Positions 23,035 to 33,952 of a DNA stretch of 64,000 nt are shown here, in pieces; position 1 is the first letter of the stretch, and each line of letters starts with the position of its first letter. Under the pieces are notes generated by a model. It searched no databases and was not told where the DNA came from. It was given only the letters and a program-made list of their open reading frames with translations. The position numbers were made by a program, and so were the translations under genes. The DNA is from Octopus vulgaris (taxonomy: Eukaryota): assembly GCA_951406725.2 (NCBI GenBank), contig OX597824.1, positions 99,882,001-99,946,000 of the forward strand, written 5' to 3'.

Positions 23035-23745
23035 TGTTTTCATCACCATCACCACAATCATTGTTTAATGTCTGCTCTCCATGCTAGCATGGGTTAGACA
23101 ATTTGACTGGAGTTGATGGAGAGCTGCACCAGGTTCTTGTCTTATTTGGTAGGGTTTCTTCAGCTGGATGCCATTCCTAACACCAGCCACTCCAGGAATG
23201 TAATGGATGTTTTTATGTGCCACCAGCACAGGTGCCATTTAAATGATGTAGGCAACAACCATGACTATGATTGACAAGTGGGTGCCATTTACATTGTCCT
23301 GGCAACGGCCACAACTGCAATGCACAGGTGTCATTTGCATGGCACCAGCAGTGACCATGACAATTCATGGGTGCCATATGCAATAACTACAACTCATGGG
23401 TGCTGTTGACATGGAACCACCAACGATCATGATTCCCAGGTGCCAATGTACAGGATACCCTCAATGACCACGACTACAATGCACAGGTGTCATTTGCATG
23501 GCACTGGCATCAACTGCAACAATTCACAGGTGCCATGTACATAGTACCGTCAACAACCTCAACTATGATGCATGGGTGTCATTTATACGGCACTGGCAAT
23601 GAACGACTACGATTCACAGGTGCCATTTACATGACACTGGCATGGCCACAACTATAATTTCACTTGGCCTGACAAGTCTTCTCCCACACAGCGTATCGCC
23701 AGAGCTCTCAGTCACTTGTCATCACCTCTGTGAGGTCCAATGTTT
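23035..23745 (-). mobile_element. RTE-family 3' end, minus strand, with degenerate tandem modules of about 55 bp
   Basis: catcac tail, ggatgccattcc box, repeated caggtgccattt...ggcaac...actac units at 23230-23650. Confidence 0.8.
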
Positions 23746-23912
23746 CATGTGGTTTTTTTGTATTTATCTGCTTGCTGAAACACTTTTTTTTGTGATTGAC
23801 CAAACTGTTGACAGCAGTCATAAACCATTTGCATTCATCTTTCATGTTCCATGTTTTCCTATTACTTTTGATCACACTGTGTGTGTTATCTGTTCTGGCA
23901 TTAAAATTGTCC

Positions 23913-24339
23913 GGATCTTTTCAGTTTGACCAGCAGTTTTTTAAAATAATTTCCACGTAACTAAACACTTTTAAACTTCGTATACTAGTAGAATGTATTT
24001 ATAAAACATCTTTTTCTCTTGGCTTTATTGAGAAAATTCTATAGTTTGTAAGATATTTATTGTTTTTTCTCTTCAATTTCTGCAATTTCAACCAATCAAT
24101 GACGTCTATTGAGGTGAAAACATTCTGTGCCGTATGAATATGTCCCTCGTTTAAGAAACAGATTGGGTTTATTTACATTTCTGAATAAATAAAGATACCT
24201 TTCCCCCCACCCCTAACCCTAACTAACCCTAACCTTAAAACAGATTGAAATGCAATAGATCGATACTAGGGTCATAATTATAGGTGACAATTTCATATGA
24301 CACCGCTAGAAAAAACTGCCGGTCAAACCGAAAAGATCC
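23913..24339. mobile_element. Merlin-like MITE (427 bp)
   Basis: TIRs of about 29 bp, GGATCTTTTCAGTTTGACCAGCAGTTTTT / AAAAACTGCCGGTCAAACCGAAAAGATCC; perfect 8-bp TSD AATTGTCC; GG termini. Confidence 0.85.
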
Positions 24340-25329
24340 AATTGTCCATTAATATGGCTTTGTCATGATATGAAATTTTATTGACAACTGTCTGTAATTC
24401 AGAGTAGATGTGTTCTTGTTTGGATGCTGAAAAAGTAGGTGTATATGCACTGATAATGTGCAGTGATGAGGAATTACCTATGGGTATACGGAATGTCATG
24501 AGATGCTTATCAACAGCTTGAGGGATGGATGGCAACATGCAATGTAGAGTTGATTTAATAGCAAAGCCAACACCATAAATTCTTGATTTATTTGCCGGCT
24601 TTCCACTCCCCCAAAAATGTATAGCCTCTTCCAAACTTCTCATTCACCAGTGTCTACAAACCTGGTTTCACTCAGAACAGCAATATCAATATCATAGGAA
24701 CCAGTTACCTTTGCAGTTAGTATTATTTTTCATTCTAGACTGTCTTTGCTGTCTTATTAAATTCTTACAGTCCAACAACCAAAGATGAGCATGTTTCTTT
24801 TTCTTATCTTTATCTCAGCTGTAATAAACTAGATTACCAGAAATATCTGCAGTTAATGCCAAGCTTATTGAAAGCAAGACTTTTCTTTAGGGTTCCTTTT
24901 CTCACTCCACCTCCGATATCAGAGAAGTAGTGTTACACCTAGATAGGATTGCTTGCCACACAAAGGAAAATATGAATCTTGCAGATGCTTTTGGATTCCA
25001 CAAAGTGATGGCCATCACCCTCTGTGCCACCTATATGTAAGACTCTGGCTAGGAACTTCCAGCAACACTCTGCTTGTTCCTGCCATCATAGGACTTTCAA
25101 TTTGTATTCAAAGTACCTACACAATGAATTTGTTTTAAGTGGTATGGGCTTGTGTCACCTGTTACACTCTCTCATCCAAATAGCCTAGACTCCAATATAT
25201 ATTAATGTCACATGTGGAACAGGCTGGTGGCTTGGGAGTGCTGAAGATGGAGTTTGATCAAGCTTTAATAACAGATGAAGCCCCCACACTTAATACAAAA
25301 TAATAATAATATTAATTAGAATAATCATA

Positions 25330-25705
25330 ATTCTTTCTAATATAGGCACAACTTACATTGACTTTTGTGTTTAACCGGTACTTATTTTATCAATCCTAAA
25401 GGATGAAAGGCAAAGTCAACCTTGGCAGAATTTGAACTCAGAATGCAAAACTGGAAGAAATGCCTCTAAGTATTATATCCCACTCACAAATGATTCTACC
25501 AGCCTGTCACCTTAATGGTTTCAAATTTGGTAAGCAATGAGTAGTTTTTAGAAGGAAGGGCTTAGTCGATTACATCAGTCGTAGTTATATGACTGGTACT
25601 TTATTATATTGACCCCAAAAGGATGAAGGCAAAAATCGACCTTGGCAGAATTTGAACACAAAACGTAAAGCTGGAAGAAATGTTGCAAGCATTATGTCTG
25701 GTGTG
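25330..25705 (-). mobile_element. Two decayed tRNA-derived SINE copies
   Basis: ggatgaaaggcaaagtcaaccttggcagaatttgaactcagaa core shared with the 59611-60059 copies. Confidence 0.8.
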
Positions 25706-26299
25706 CCCCTTTTTAGTCAACTTTCCTCTTCCTTTTCTGCCTCTTCTTTTTAATATTAATAATAATAATCACCATCACCACCACCACTACTCCATCACTA
25801 CCTTCATCTTCACCACTACTCCATCTTCAACACCACAGGAGCATTTAAAAAAGTACTGCTACCAGCATTGCCCCCCCCCCCCCCTCAAGAAGCACATGGA
25901 AGAACTGTTGCTCAACAACAACTACTCCACAACTGCACCTCTACTACGAAAACCAAGGCAGTAGTAACATATTTGACAGTGACAGTAGTAACAAAAGGAA
26001 ACAGGAGCAATAACAGTAGTAGCAGTAACAACAACACAGCCTGGCACACAGGAACAATAATAATTTATCCTGGTAAGGTTATATAGAGAAGGTATTTCAA
26101 TAAAAATATTCATGGGAAAACCCCATAAACCATTCTCATGGAATCATAATGCTAAACAATAATGAAATAGTTAATGGCATGAATGAAACTAGAAGCAATT
26201 TTGGTGAAGGTCTCTTGACCAACATGTCTCAAGTCCCCCTTAACAGGGGAAGGGATTTGGCTCCAGATAACCATTTTAAGCAATATATTACTTACAAAA

Positions 26300-28560
26300 C
26301 GTTCCCACAGCTAAACACAAAGGGATGAAGTAAGAGTCTGTGGCACTTCTTGAATATCATGAAAGAGCAAAACTGAAAGGAAGCTGTGGAAACTTTTGAA
26401 TGGAAAAGAATGTGTTTTCAATGTCAGAAAGTTCTGGAATGGAATATGAGGAAACACTGTGATGCATAGAAGAGATACCAAGGGAATAGAAACCATCAAG
26501 ACAGAATTGTGAAGAAGAAATAGAGACAAAGCTATTACCATAAGCACAGTTGATGTGAAGAATCAAATGGCCAAGAAACTAAACTGGAAAACTCCCAGTC
26601 CAGATGAGATCTATGGCTTTTGGTTCAAGAGATAAAATGTGGTTCATGAAAGACTGGCAACTCAATTGAAAGATGCAGGTAGGGGGAAAGTTGTGGGAAA
26701 CTACCATCCTATAGCATGCCTGAACATAATGGAAAGTACTTACTGGAATATTTATGGAGAAGGCATATACTTTGCTTTTATAAGAAGAAATATTACCAAG
26801 GGAAAAGAAAAGGCTGTAGGAAGAGATTTCAGGGTACCAAGGATCACCTGGTTATCAATAAGACAGTTTTGAGGCATTGTAAAAAACATCATACCAACGT
26901 GTCTGTGGCCTGGTAAGCAATGTATTCCTTGGAGAAGTAGAAATTAAAAGGAGTATTTTTCAAAGTGACTTCTTTTCCCCTTTACAGTTTGTTATGGCAC
27001 TTATGCCTATAACACTGACACTTAGGAAAGTTGAAATCGGTTACCAATGGGGAAAGAAGGGACCATTCTTAAACAATCTTCTGTCAATGGATGACCTGAA
27101 ACTGTTGGGGAAGTCTGAAAGATTATTTGGTTAAAACAGTCCAAGTATGTAGTAGCGACATCGGTATGGAATTTAAGATTTTGAAGTGCTCTGAACTCAA
27201 TATAAAAAGAGGGAAGAAAGCTGTGTGTAATGGATTATGGCTACCATTGAAAGAAACCCTTAAGGAACTAGATGATAGTGGATAGAAGTATTTGGGGATT
27301 TTAGAACTGGATATTTTACATGCAGAAATGGAAGAAAATATCAGGGAGATGTATTTAAATAGAGTAAAAATGACTTTAAAATCCAGCCTGAATGTGAGAA
27401 ATCTATTCACTGCAATGAATATTTGGGTAGCTGCAGTGGTCAGCTAGAGTGTATCCATCCTCAGGTGGACTGGAGAAGAAAATTCAAAGCTGGATAAAAA
27501 GACAGAAAAGTTAATGACATTGTATAGAGCTTTATATTCGAATGCAAATATAAATAGATTGTACACAAAAAGAAAGAATGATGGTAGATGTCTCTACTAT
27601 GTAGATTACTGTATAAGGAGTGAAAGGAGAATGTAGAATATTTGGTAAACTGTGAAGAAGAGCTGCTACAATATGCAGCAGAAGATATGGATATAAATGC
27701 AGGTGAAATCTTTGGTAAGGGACCTTTTAGCCAAAGAGTTGAAGAGAAGAGAAAAAGTATTCAGAAAATGAGAATGCATGGTCATTTTGAAAGAAATGCA
27801 CAGATTATCAAGGATAAAAAACATTATGGATATGGCTGAAGCAAGGCAATTTAAAGCCTACCACTAAAAACCTTATAATTGCAGCACTGGAGCAAATTAA
27901 ATTTTTGCTATCATTTTGGTGAAGAGTAATATCTACAAAACATCTGACACCCAGAAATGCAGACTCTGTGGAAAGGATGTTGAAAATGTAACCTACTTGG
28001 TAAGTAGATGTGAGAGCCTTATGCAAAAAGAATACAAGTGCCATTTGTACTTTCATTGGCTTTTTATTGTAAATAGCAATACAGACTAACAAAGAACTGG
28101 TATGAGTATGTACCTAGAATATGTAATGCTGGAAGTTAGGAAAGCAGTGACATTCTGGGATTATGATTTTCTGACTGATAGGGTAATTGAGAATCACTGA
28201 CCAGATATGGTTGTATTGAACAAGAAAGACAAATACTGTCAGATCATTGATTTGGCCATACCAAATGACATGAATATTGCAAGAAAAAGTCTGCAAGTAT
28301 TCCAAACTGAAAGTAGAGGTGATACCAGTTGTGATCAGGGCATTCAGATCAATCCCACTGAAACTTCAAGACTTCTTAAAGCAGTTGAGAATACCATGCG
28401 AGATTGGTGTTGTACAAAAATCAGCTTTGTTAGGTATTGCACACATTTTAAGGAAAGTATGGTCTGTCCGAGGTCCTTGTAGTGATTTGACAGATGACTA
28501 AAAACTCCTGTGCATTTTCCATTTACATTGCATGACAAAGTAATAAAAGCAATAATAATA
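26300..28560 (+). mobile_element. Decayed R4/Dong-like non-LTR retrotransposon (RT plus restriction-like endonuclease)
   Basis: Peptides KTPSPDEIYGFWFK, YHPIACLN, GCRKRFQGTKDHLVI, SMDDLKL, CRLCG, PDMVVLNKKDKYCQIIDLAIP, VQKSALLGIAHILRKV; (AAT) tail. Confidence 0.85.
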
Positions 28561-28865
28561 ATGTAGAGTTTGAATAATTCTTGGAAACGGGTGTTTCATT
28601 CAACATCCTTAAGTGACCTTTATTCAGGGACCTTTTGAGCAGGAGGGGCTACTTGACCTGAAGAAAATTCTAACTTGGTCCCACCTGCAAGGTCATGTGC
28701 TGTTTACCTTGATATGAGATCACCATGTTGCACACATATGGTTGTGATGCATGTGCCTGGTGTACCCTTATCAGAGGGGTAGTCATGATGGGTATACTGG
28801 GCTTTATATATTTTACTCCAGTGTCACTTTGATGACATGCACTACTCTCTCACTCAATACTAATA

Positions 28866-29165
28866 ATCCCCTTAATTATGAAATAACCTGGCTATGGAAA
28901 CTGAAGAAGGTGAAGATCGTGCCAATTATTGTTGGGTTCTTGGGAACAGTATCAGAAGGCAAAAGAAATTGGAATAGAGTGTCCAGTAGAACTGTTACAA
29001 AAGGTTTGCCTCCTTGGCATAGCCAGAATAATCAGGAAAGTATTAGATAGCTGAAAAGAATGAATAGCATAGTGCCGTAGGCTGCAGGTAGCAAGCCTGC
29101 TGTGCATGCAAGAGTCCAGGAATTACAACAAAACCCGAGATTAAAAGAATAGATAATAATAGTAA
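28866..29165 (+). mobile_element. R4/Dong-like 3' fragment
   Basis: YEITWLWKLKKVKIVPIIVGFLG...LQKVCLLGIARIIRKVL; (AAT) tail. Confidence 0.7.
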
Positions 29166-29169
29166 TTAT

Positions 29170-30005
29170 CTTTTCTACTATAGGTGCAAAGCCTAAAATT
29201 TTGAGGCAGGGGTCAAGTAAGTTATGTCAACTGCAGAACAGGTACTTATTTTATTGTACCTGAAAGGATAAAAGGTAAAGTTGACCCTGGCAGAGTTTGA
29301 ACTTAGAATGATACGTCAGAAGAAATGCTGCTAAGCATATTGTGAAGTGTGCTAATGATTCTGCCAGTTCACTACCTTAATAATAATCATCATCATCATT
29401 TAACGTCTGTTTTCCATGCTAGCATGACTGGGGTGTGGGAAGCCAGGAAGCTGCACCAGGCTCCTGTCTGATCTGGCAGTGTTTCTACAGCAGGATGCCC
29501 TTCTAACACCAGCCACTCTGAGAGTGTAGTAGGTGCTTTTTATATGCCACCAGCACGGGCCAGAGGAAGCTGGCAACGGCCATGATCAGTTGGTGGTTTT
29601 TACATGTCACTGGCATGCAAGCCAGTCAAGCCGGCGCTGACATCTGCCACGTTTGGATGGTGTTTTTTACGTGTCACTGGCATGAGTATCACAACTACAA
29701 TTACCATTTGATTTTCATTTTGATGTTAATGTACTTAACTCATTAGGTCTCCTCAAGCACAGCAGGTCGCCCTAGGATCCAAGGTACTTTTGAATGGGCT
29801 GGGGCTTGTTATGCGAAACTGGTAGGCATAAGGCCTGAAATTTTGAGATTAGTCTGTTACATGAATCCCCAGTACCCAACTAGTACTTATTTTATTAAGC
29901 CCCACCAAAAGATGAAAGGCAAAGTCAACCTTGGTGGAATTTAGACTCAGAATATGAAAACGGACAAAATGCCACTAAGCATCTTCTCTGGTTTGCTAAC
30001 ATCTT
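29170..30005 (-). mobile_element. Cluster: SINE (29170-29378), RTE-family tail (29388-29822), SINE (29825-30005)
   Basis: SINE core as elsewhere in the window; (CAT)n plus ccatgctagcatg plus ggatgccctt tail in reverse orientation. Confidence 0.8.
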
Positions 30006-30013
30006 AATAATAA

Positions 30014-30908
30014 TCCTTTCTACTAAAGGCACAGATGGAAAAGAATGGCACAATCTTGGAAGAAGGAGGCAGAGAGTTTCACGAGAAGGACGTGAGAGAG
30101 GGAGAGAGAAAGTGACGATGTTCATAAAAATAAAATGTAAAATGTTTTGTTTTTTCTTAAACACGAGATATAGTGTTCAAATTCAGGATATTTTTGAAAG
30201 ACACTATATTTTATAATCATAGTATTATACTTTCTCACACAACAATTACAATATATTTATTTTAAATCATTTATTTATTTTAAATCGTTCATCTTTCTCC
30301 CTGCCTCTCTCTCTCTCTCTCTCTCACACACATTACTTTGGGTGCGAAAGAGTTTTGTTTTTATTTTACGCCAAGTAAAAAAGTGTTTTGTTGAGAATCC
30401 ATGTATTTAACAACAAAGAAAGAAAGAGGTAACAATTTGTCAGTGAATTACACAATATACACAGGTACAATTTCCGAGGCTTCCACCACACCCCACACCG
30501 TTTCATGGACCACAAATAGGGTTTTGTAGCATATTAGGATACCAGAATAGTTGATTCCATGCAAAAAAAAAACCGATTTTTTTTCTTAGTGAAAATCGTG
30601 CGAGTGTTAATCTATAAATTCAACAACATTTTTTTCCATTCATTTCTGTTTATGAACATCTATGCATGCACAAAACATGCAATAGGTGTATGTACGTATG
30701 TGTGTTCGTGTCTGTTGCCCATATATATTTATATTATATTATATTTTATATATATAATATATATATACAATATATATATGATATAACCAATTTCAACGGA
30801 TTTCGCCCAAATTTGACATCGATATTACTTAGTTTGGTTTGAAATAAAGAACTTGATTAGCTTAATAACCGTAACTTAATCCCGGGCAAGGCCGGGTTAT
30901 ACTGCTAG
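30014..30908 (+). mobile_element. Non-autonomous Helitron-like element
   Basis: 3' hairpin CCCGGGCAAGGCCGGG (30881-96) followed by CTAG|T; putative 5' A|TC at 30014 (5' end uncertain). Confidence 0.65.
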
Positions 30909-31958
30909 TTATTATTAATTATGGGGGAAGACATACAGGCAATCACTGAACGAGCCAATTTGATAGTCATGCCATTTCCCCGAGCTTGTCCAACAGAATT
31001 TGTTTTTTGATTTTTTGTTTTGGGATTGTCTGAAAGTAACTGGCACATTGAAGGCAGATAGAAAATATTTCTCCCCTTTTGTATGTAGATGGCAGATGTG
31101 ATTCTTAGGGTACTGTTTTACTTTAGAACTGTGACTCATTCTGTTGCATAATTCACGCATACACGAAGCCATAACAATTTTCTTTTTCTGAATAGCTGTA
31201 AAATGGTCATAAAAAACTAAGAATAGCATGCTTATTAAACATTAGATATTTTCTAAATATCGTACTTGCAATGCATAAATGTGCATGCATGCATATATTT
31301 TGTAAGAATGAAATGTGGTATACTTGGATCTGAAGTATATTCCTGGAATATATGTAGTTCACTGTGTATAAATGAATTCTGTGATGTAGCAGTCATGACA
31401 TGTTTATTAATATTGTTTAAATAAGAAATTGTGATGACACATTGGTCACTATAGTGTCTCACATGTAACGTGAGATTTAGTTACATTCATTATGACTACA
31501 TATGGTTATTTTGATCTGAATTATTTCATTAAAGCAGAATTAAATTCAAAATAATATTTATTGGTCAGAAAATAACAACAGTATATGTGCTAGTTAAAAA
31601 TCAGTTTGAATTCTGTGATTTAGTTTTAAATTTTGGATGGGTTTGTTGAGTTTTTGCTAAAGATTCTCTTTTGTTTACTCTTGTTACTATGGAAGCAAAT
31701 GTTTTATAATTCCTTCCTACCCAACAAAACTTGTTGGTTGATAACTTGAACCAAATTCAGTTTGGCACTGTGCTGTTTCTGCCAATGAATGTGTTTTATT
31801 CAAACCATTCTTCTGTCAAGGAAACAATCCATTATTGCTACTATATAATTTTTCATGATCATTATCCTTTGGTTTGTCAATGCACTCTTCTAACTTTTTT
31901 ATTTTCATTGTTTCATGAGACTCAATCATAAATGAGGAATTATCTTTTAATATTATAG

Positions 31959-32063
31959 GTCGAAGATGAAGAATTTGATTGTAATCTGCAAAAATTTATT
32001 TCTGTTCAGAAAACTGTGTCTGATTTAAAAAAGAACCTTGAAGATTACCTCAAAGAATTTGAG
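31959..32063 (+). CDS. RhoGEF exon 5 (BAR helix 1)
   Basis: attatAG|...GAG|GTaagc; VEDEEFDCNLQKFISVQKTVSDLKKNLEDYLKEFE has the BAR start motif D..F.....F......L..YL. Confidence 0.88.
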
Positions 32064-32484
32064 GTAAGCTTTTGTCTATGTTTAGTTTTGTCATTATAAA
32101 GGAGATTTCATAACTTATTAAATTGTTTGTTACCTTAGTTTTATTTCTAAGGCAAGTCATCTTAGCCTGCCATATCTTTATTTCAGCTACACTTTTAAAA
32201 AGACTGAAACTTTGTTAATGAAATACCATATCAAATATACTTAACTACTGTTATTGTACCAACTAATAGTACAGTTTGTATTGAAGTATTTAACACTTAA
32301 GTCTTCTGGCCAGAGACTCAGTACTATTGATAAGAAAAAAATTCATGGATTCACATAGCAACTGGTTACTAATGTCAAAACACAGGCTTCAACTTGTCAG
32401 ACTTTACATCATTCTCTTAAAACCTGTTTCGTTTTAAAGTTTTCTGTTCTGTATATGTAGATAAGAAAAAAAAAAAAAAACCAG

Positions 32485-33170
32485 CCATCAACATCATCAT
32501 TACATATCCACATTCCATGCTGGTTGGTTTGGCTGGTTTTGACTGGTTTGATAGGAGTTGGCAAGCCAGGCAGCTGTGCAAAGCTCTGCTGTCTTCTTTG
32601 GCTACTTTCTACAGTTGGATGCTCCTGTTAAATTAAAGAGAAATAAACGAAAATTGTTCAGCTTGAAATTATATAGATTAATTAAAATCTTTTGCCAGGT
32701 AAAATAGCTTTAGTGTGTGGTAGATGCACAGATACAATAAACACCAAAAAATGTACAGAAAATAGATTCCATCAGCTGCCATGGGGGTAAGCTAGAGGTA
32801 GTAGATAGCTTCCGTTACCTAGGTGATCAAGTTAGTTGTGGAGGTGGATGCTCTGAGGGCGTAGCTGTTGGAATAAGATTAAGCTGGGCAAAGTTTAGAG
32901 AGCGCCTGCCTCTGCTAGCTACAAAGGGCCTCTCTCACAGTGAAAGGCATTTTGTATGATGCTACATGGCAGTGAAACATGGACTGTGACAGCTGAGGAA
33001 ATGCGAAGGCTTAAAAGAAATGAAGCCAGTATGCTTTACTGGATGTGCAGTGTCAGTGTGCATGTTCGATAGTGTAAGCACCTTGAGAGAAAAGTTAGAT
33101 GTAAGAAGCATGAGACGTGGTGTGCAAGGGAGATAACTGTGCTGGTATGATCATATGGTGTGTATGGACA
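32485..33170. mobile_element. RTE-family fragments (minus tail 32485-32630; plus RT piece 32697-33170)
   Basis: catcatcat...ccatgc...ggatgc in reverse; KLEVVDSFRYLGDQV, LHGSETW on the plus strand. Confidence 0.8.
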
Positions 33171-33952
33171 ACTATTGGGAGGTGGCTGCAGATTTACCAG
33201 GGTGCCAAGGATTTTTTACCGTTCCAGTTACAAAAAAAGCTAGATATTATAATGTGGTGTGAAAGAAAGAAAGTAGGGAATCAACTTGAGTTAATGGTTC
33301 TTTGTCAAGATAACGTGGATGCCGCTTGGGCTCAAATGATTGCCCGTCATGTAAACCCCCTTGAGGCAGGAAAGCAGAGCATTTTCCAAATGAAATTGGA
33401 TGTAGAAGATTCATTGGACACAGTGTGAGGTGACTGTTGTTATCATTAGGCCTAACTCATCATAAAGTAAATACCACCATGAACAATATCCAAACGACAG
33501 TGGAAAAGGCTGGGTACTGGATTTGGTTAAAAAGAGATGATGAGCAATGGCTAGAAGAATATTAAGCTTTATTTGATAACCAGTTGATCTAGCAAGCAGG
33601 GTCTCATATCAATGAGAGGGGCCGGTGCTCATTGATGCCGTCGAGAGGTAGGTCCCAAAATGGCGTGCATTCTCTCCTGATGATCCCATACACTTGCTGG
33701 CTGTGTGCATTCGACTGGTAGCATTTGCATGTGAAAGTTGTCTGCAAAACTTCAATTTCAGGTTTGTTAAATGATTTCTCATTGATTTTTATTTTGTGTC
33801 CCTAAATTTCCTATGTTTTTATACAATGTCCAAAAATCAATTACCCATTGATGTTTGTTATTTTAGCTTAGTGTAGATTTTCCAAAAAAATTACTGTTTG
33901 AAAATAACAAACAAATTTTTATATCCTGAAAAGTAGTGTTGCCAGCTGCATG

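Larger units (their letters stand above)
22010..25250 (-). mobile_element. Old second-lineage (BovB-like) RTE, endonuclease region, fragmented by nested insertions
   Basis: Minus-strand peptides DIDIAVLSETR, GVGFAIKSTL, LMTFRIP, IISAYTPT, DKAILMD|NFNAR; SWWAKK..ELEQAA at 22161-22370. Confidence 0.7.

Noticed and set aside
28650-28700. Hammerhead ribozyme core (CTGAAGA)
   Set aside because: No stem II followed by GAAA and no flanking helices could be built
33172-33950. DNA transposon between the RT fragment and the large array
   Set aside because: The sequence differs from its flanks, but I could not establish TIRs, a TSD or a recognisable peptide; left unannotated
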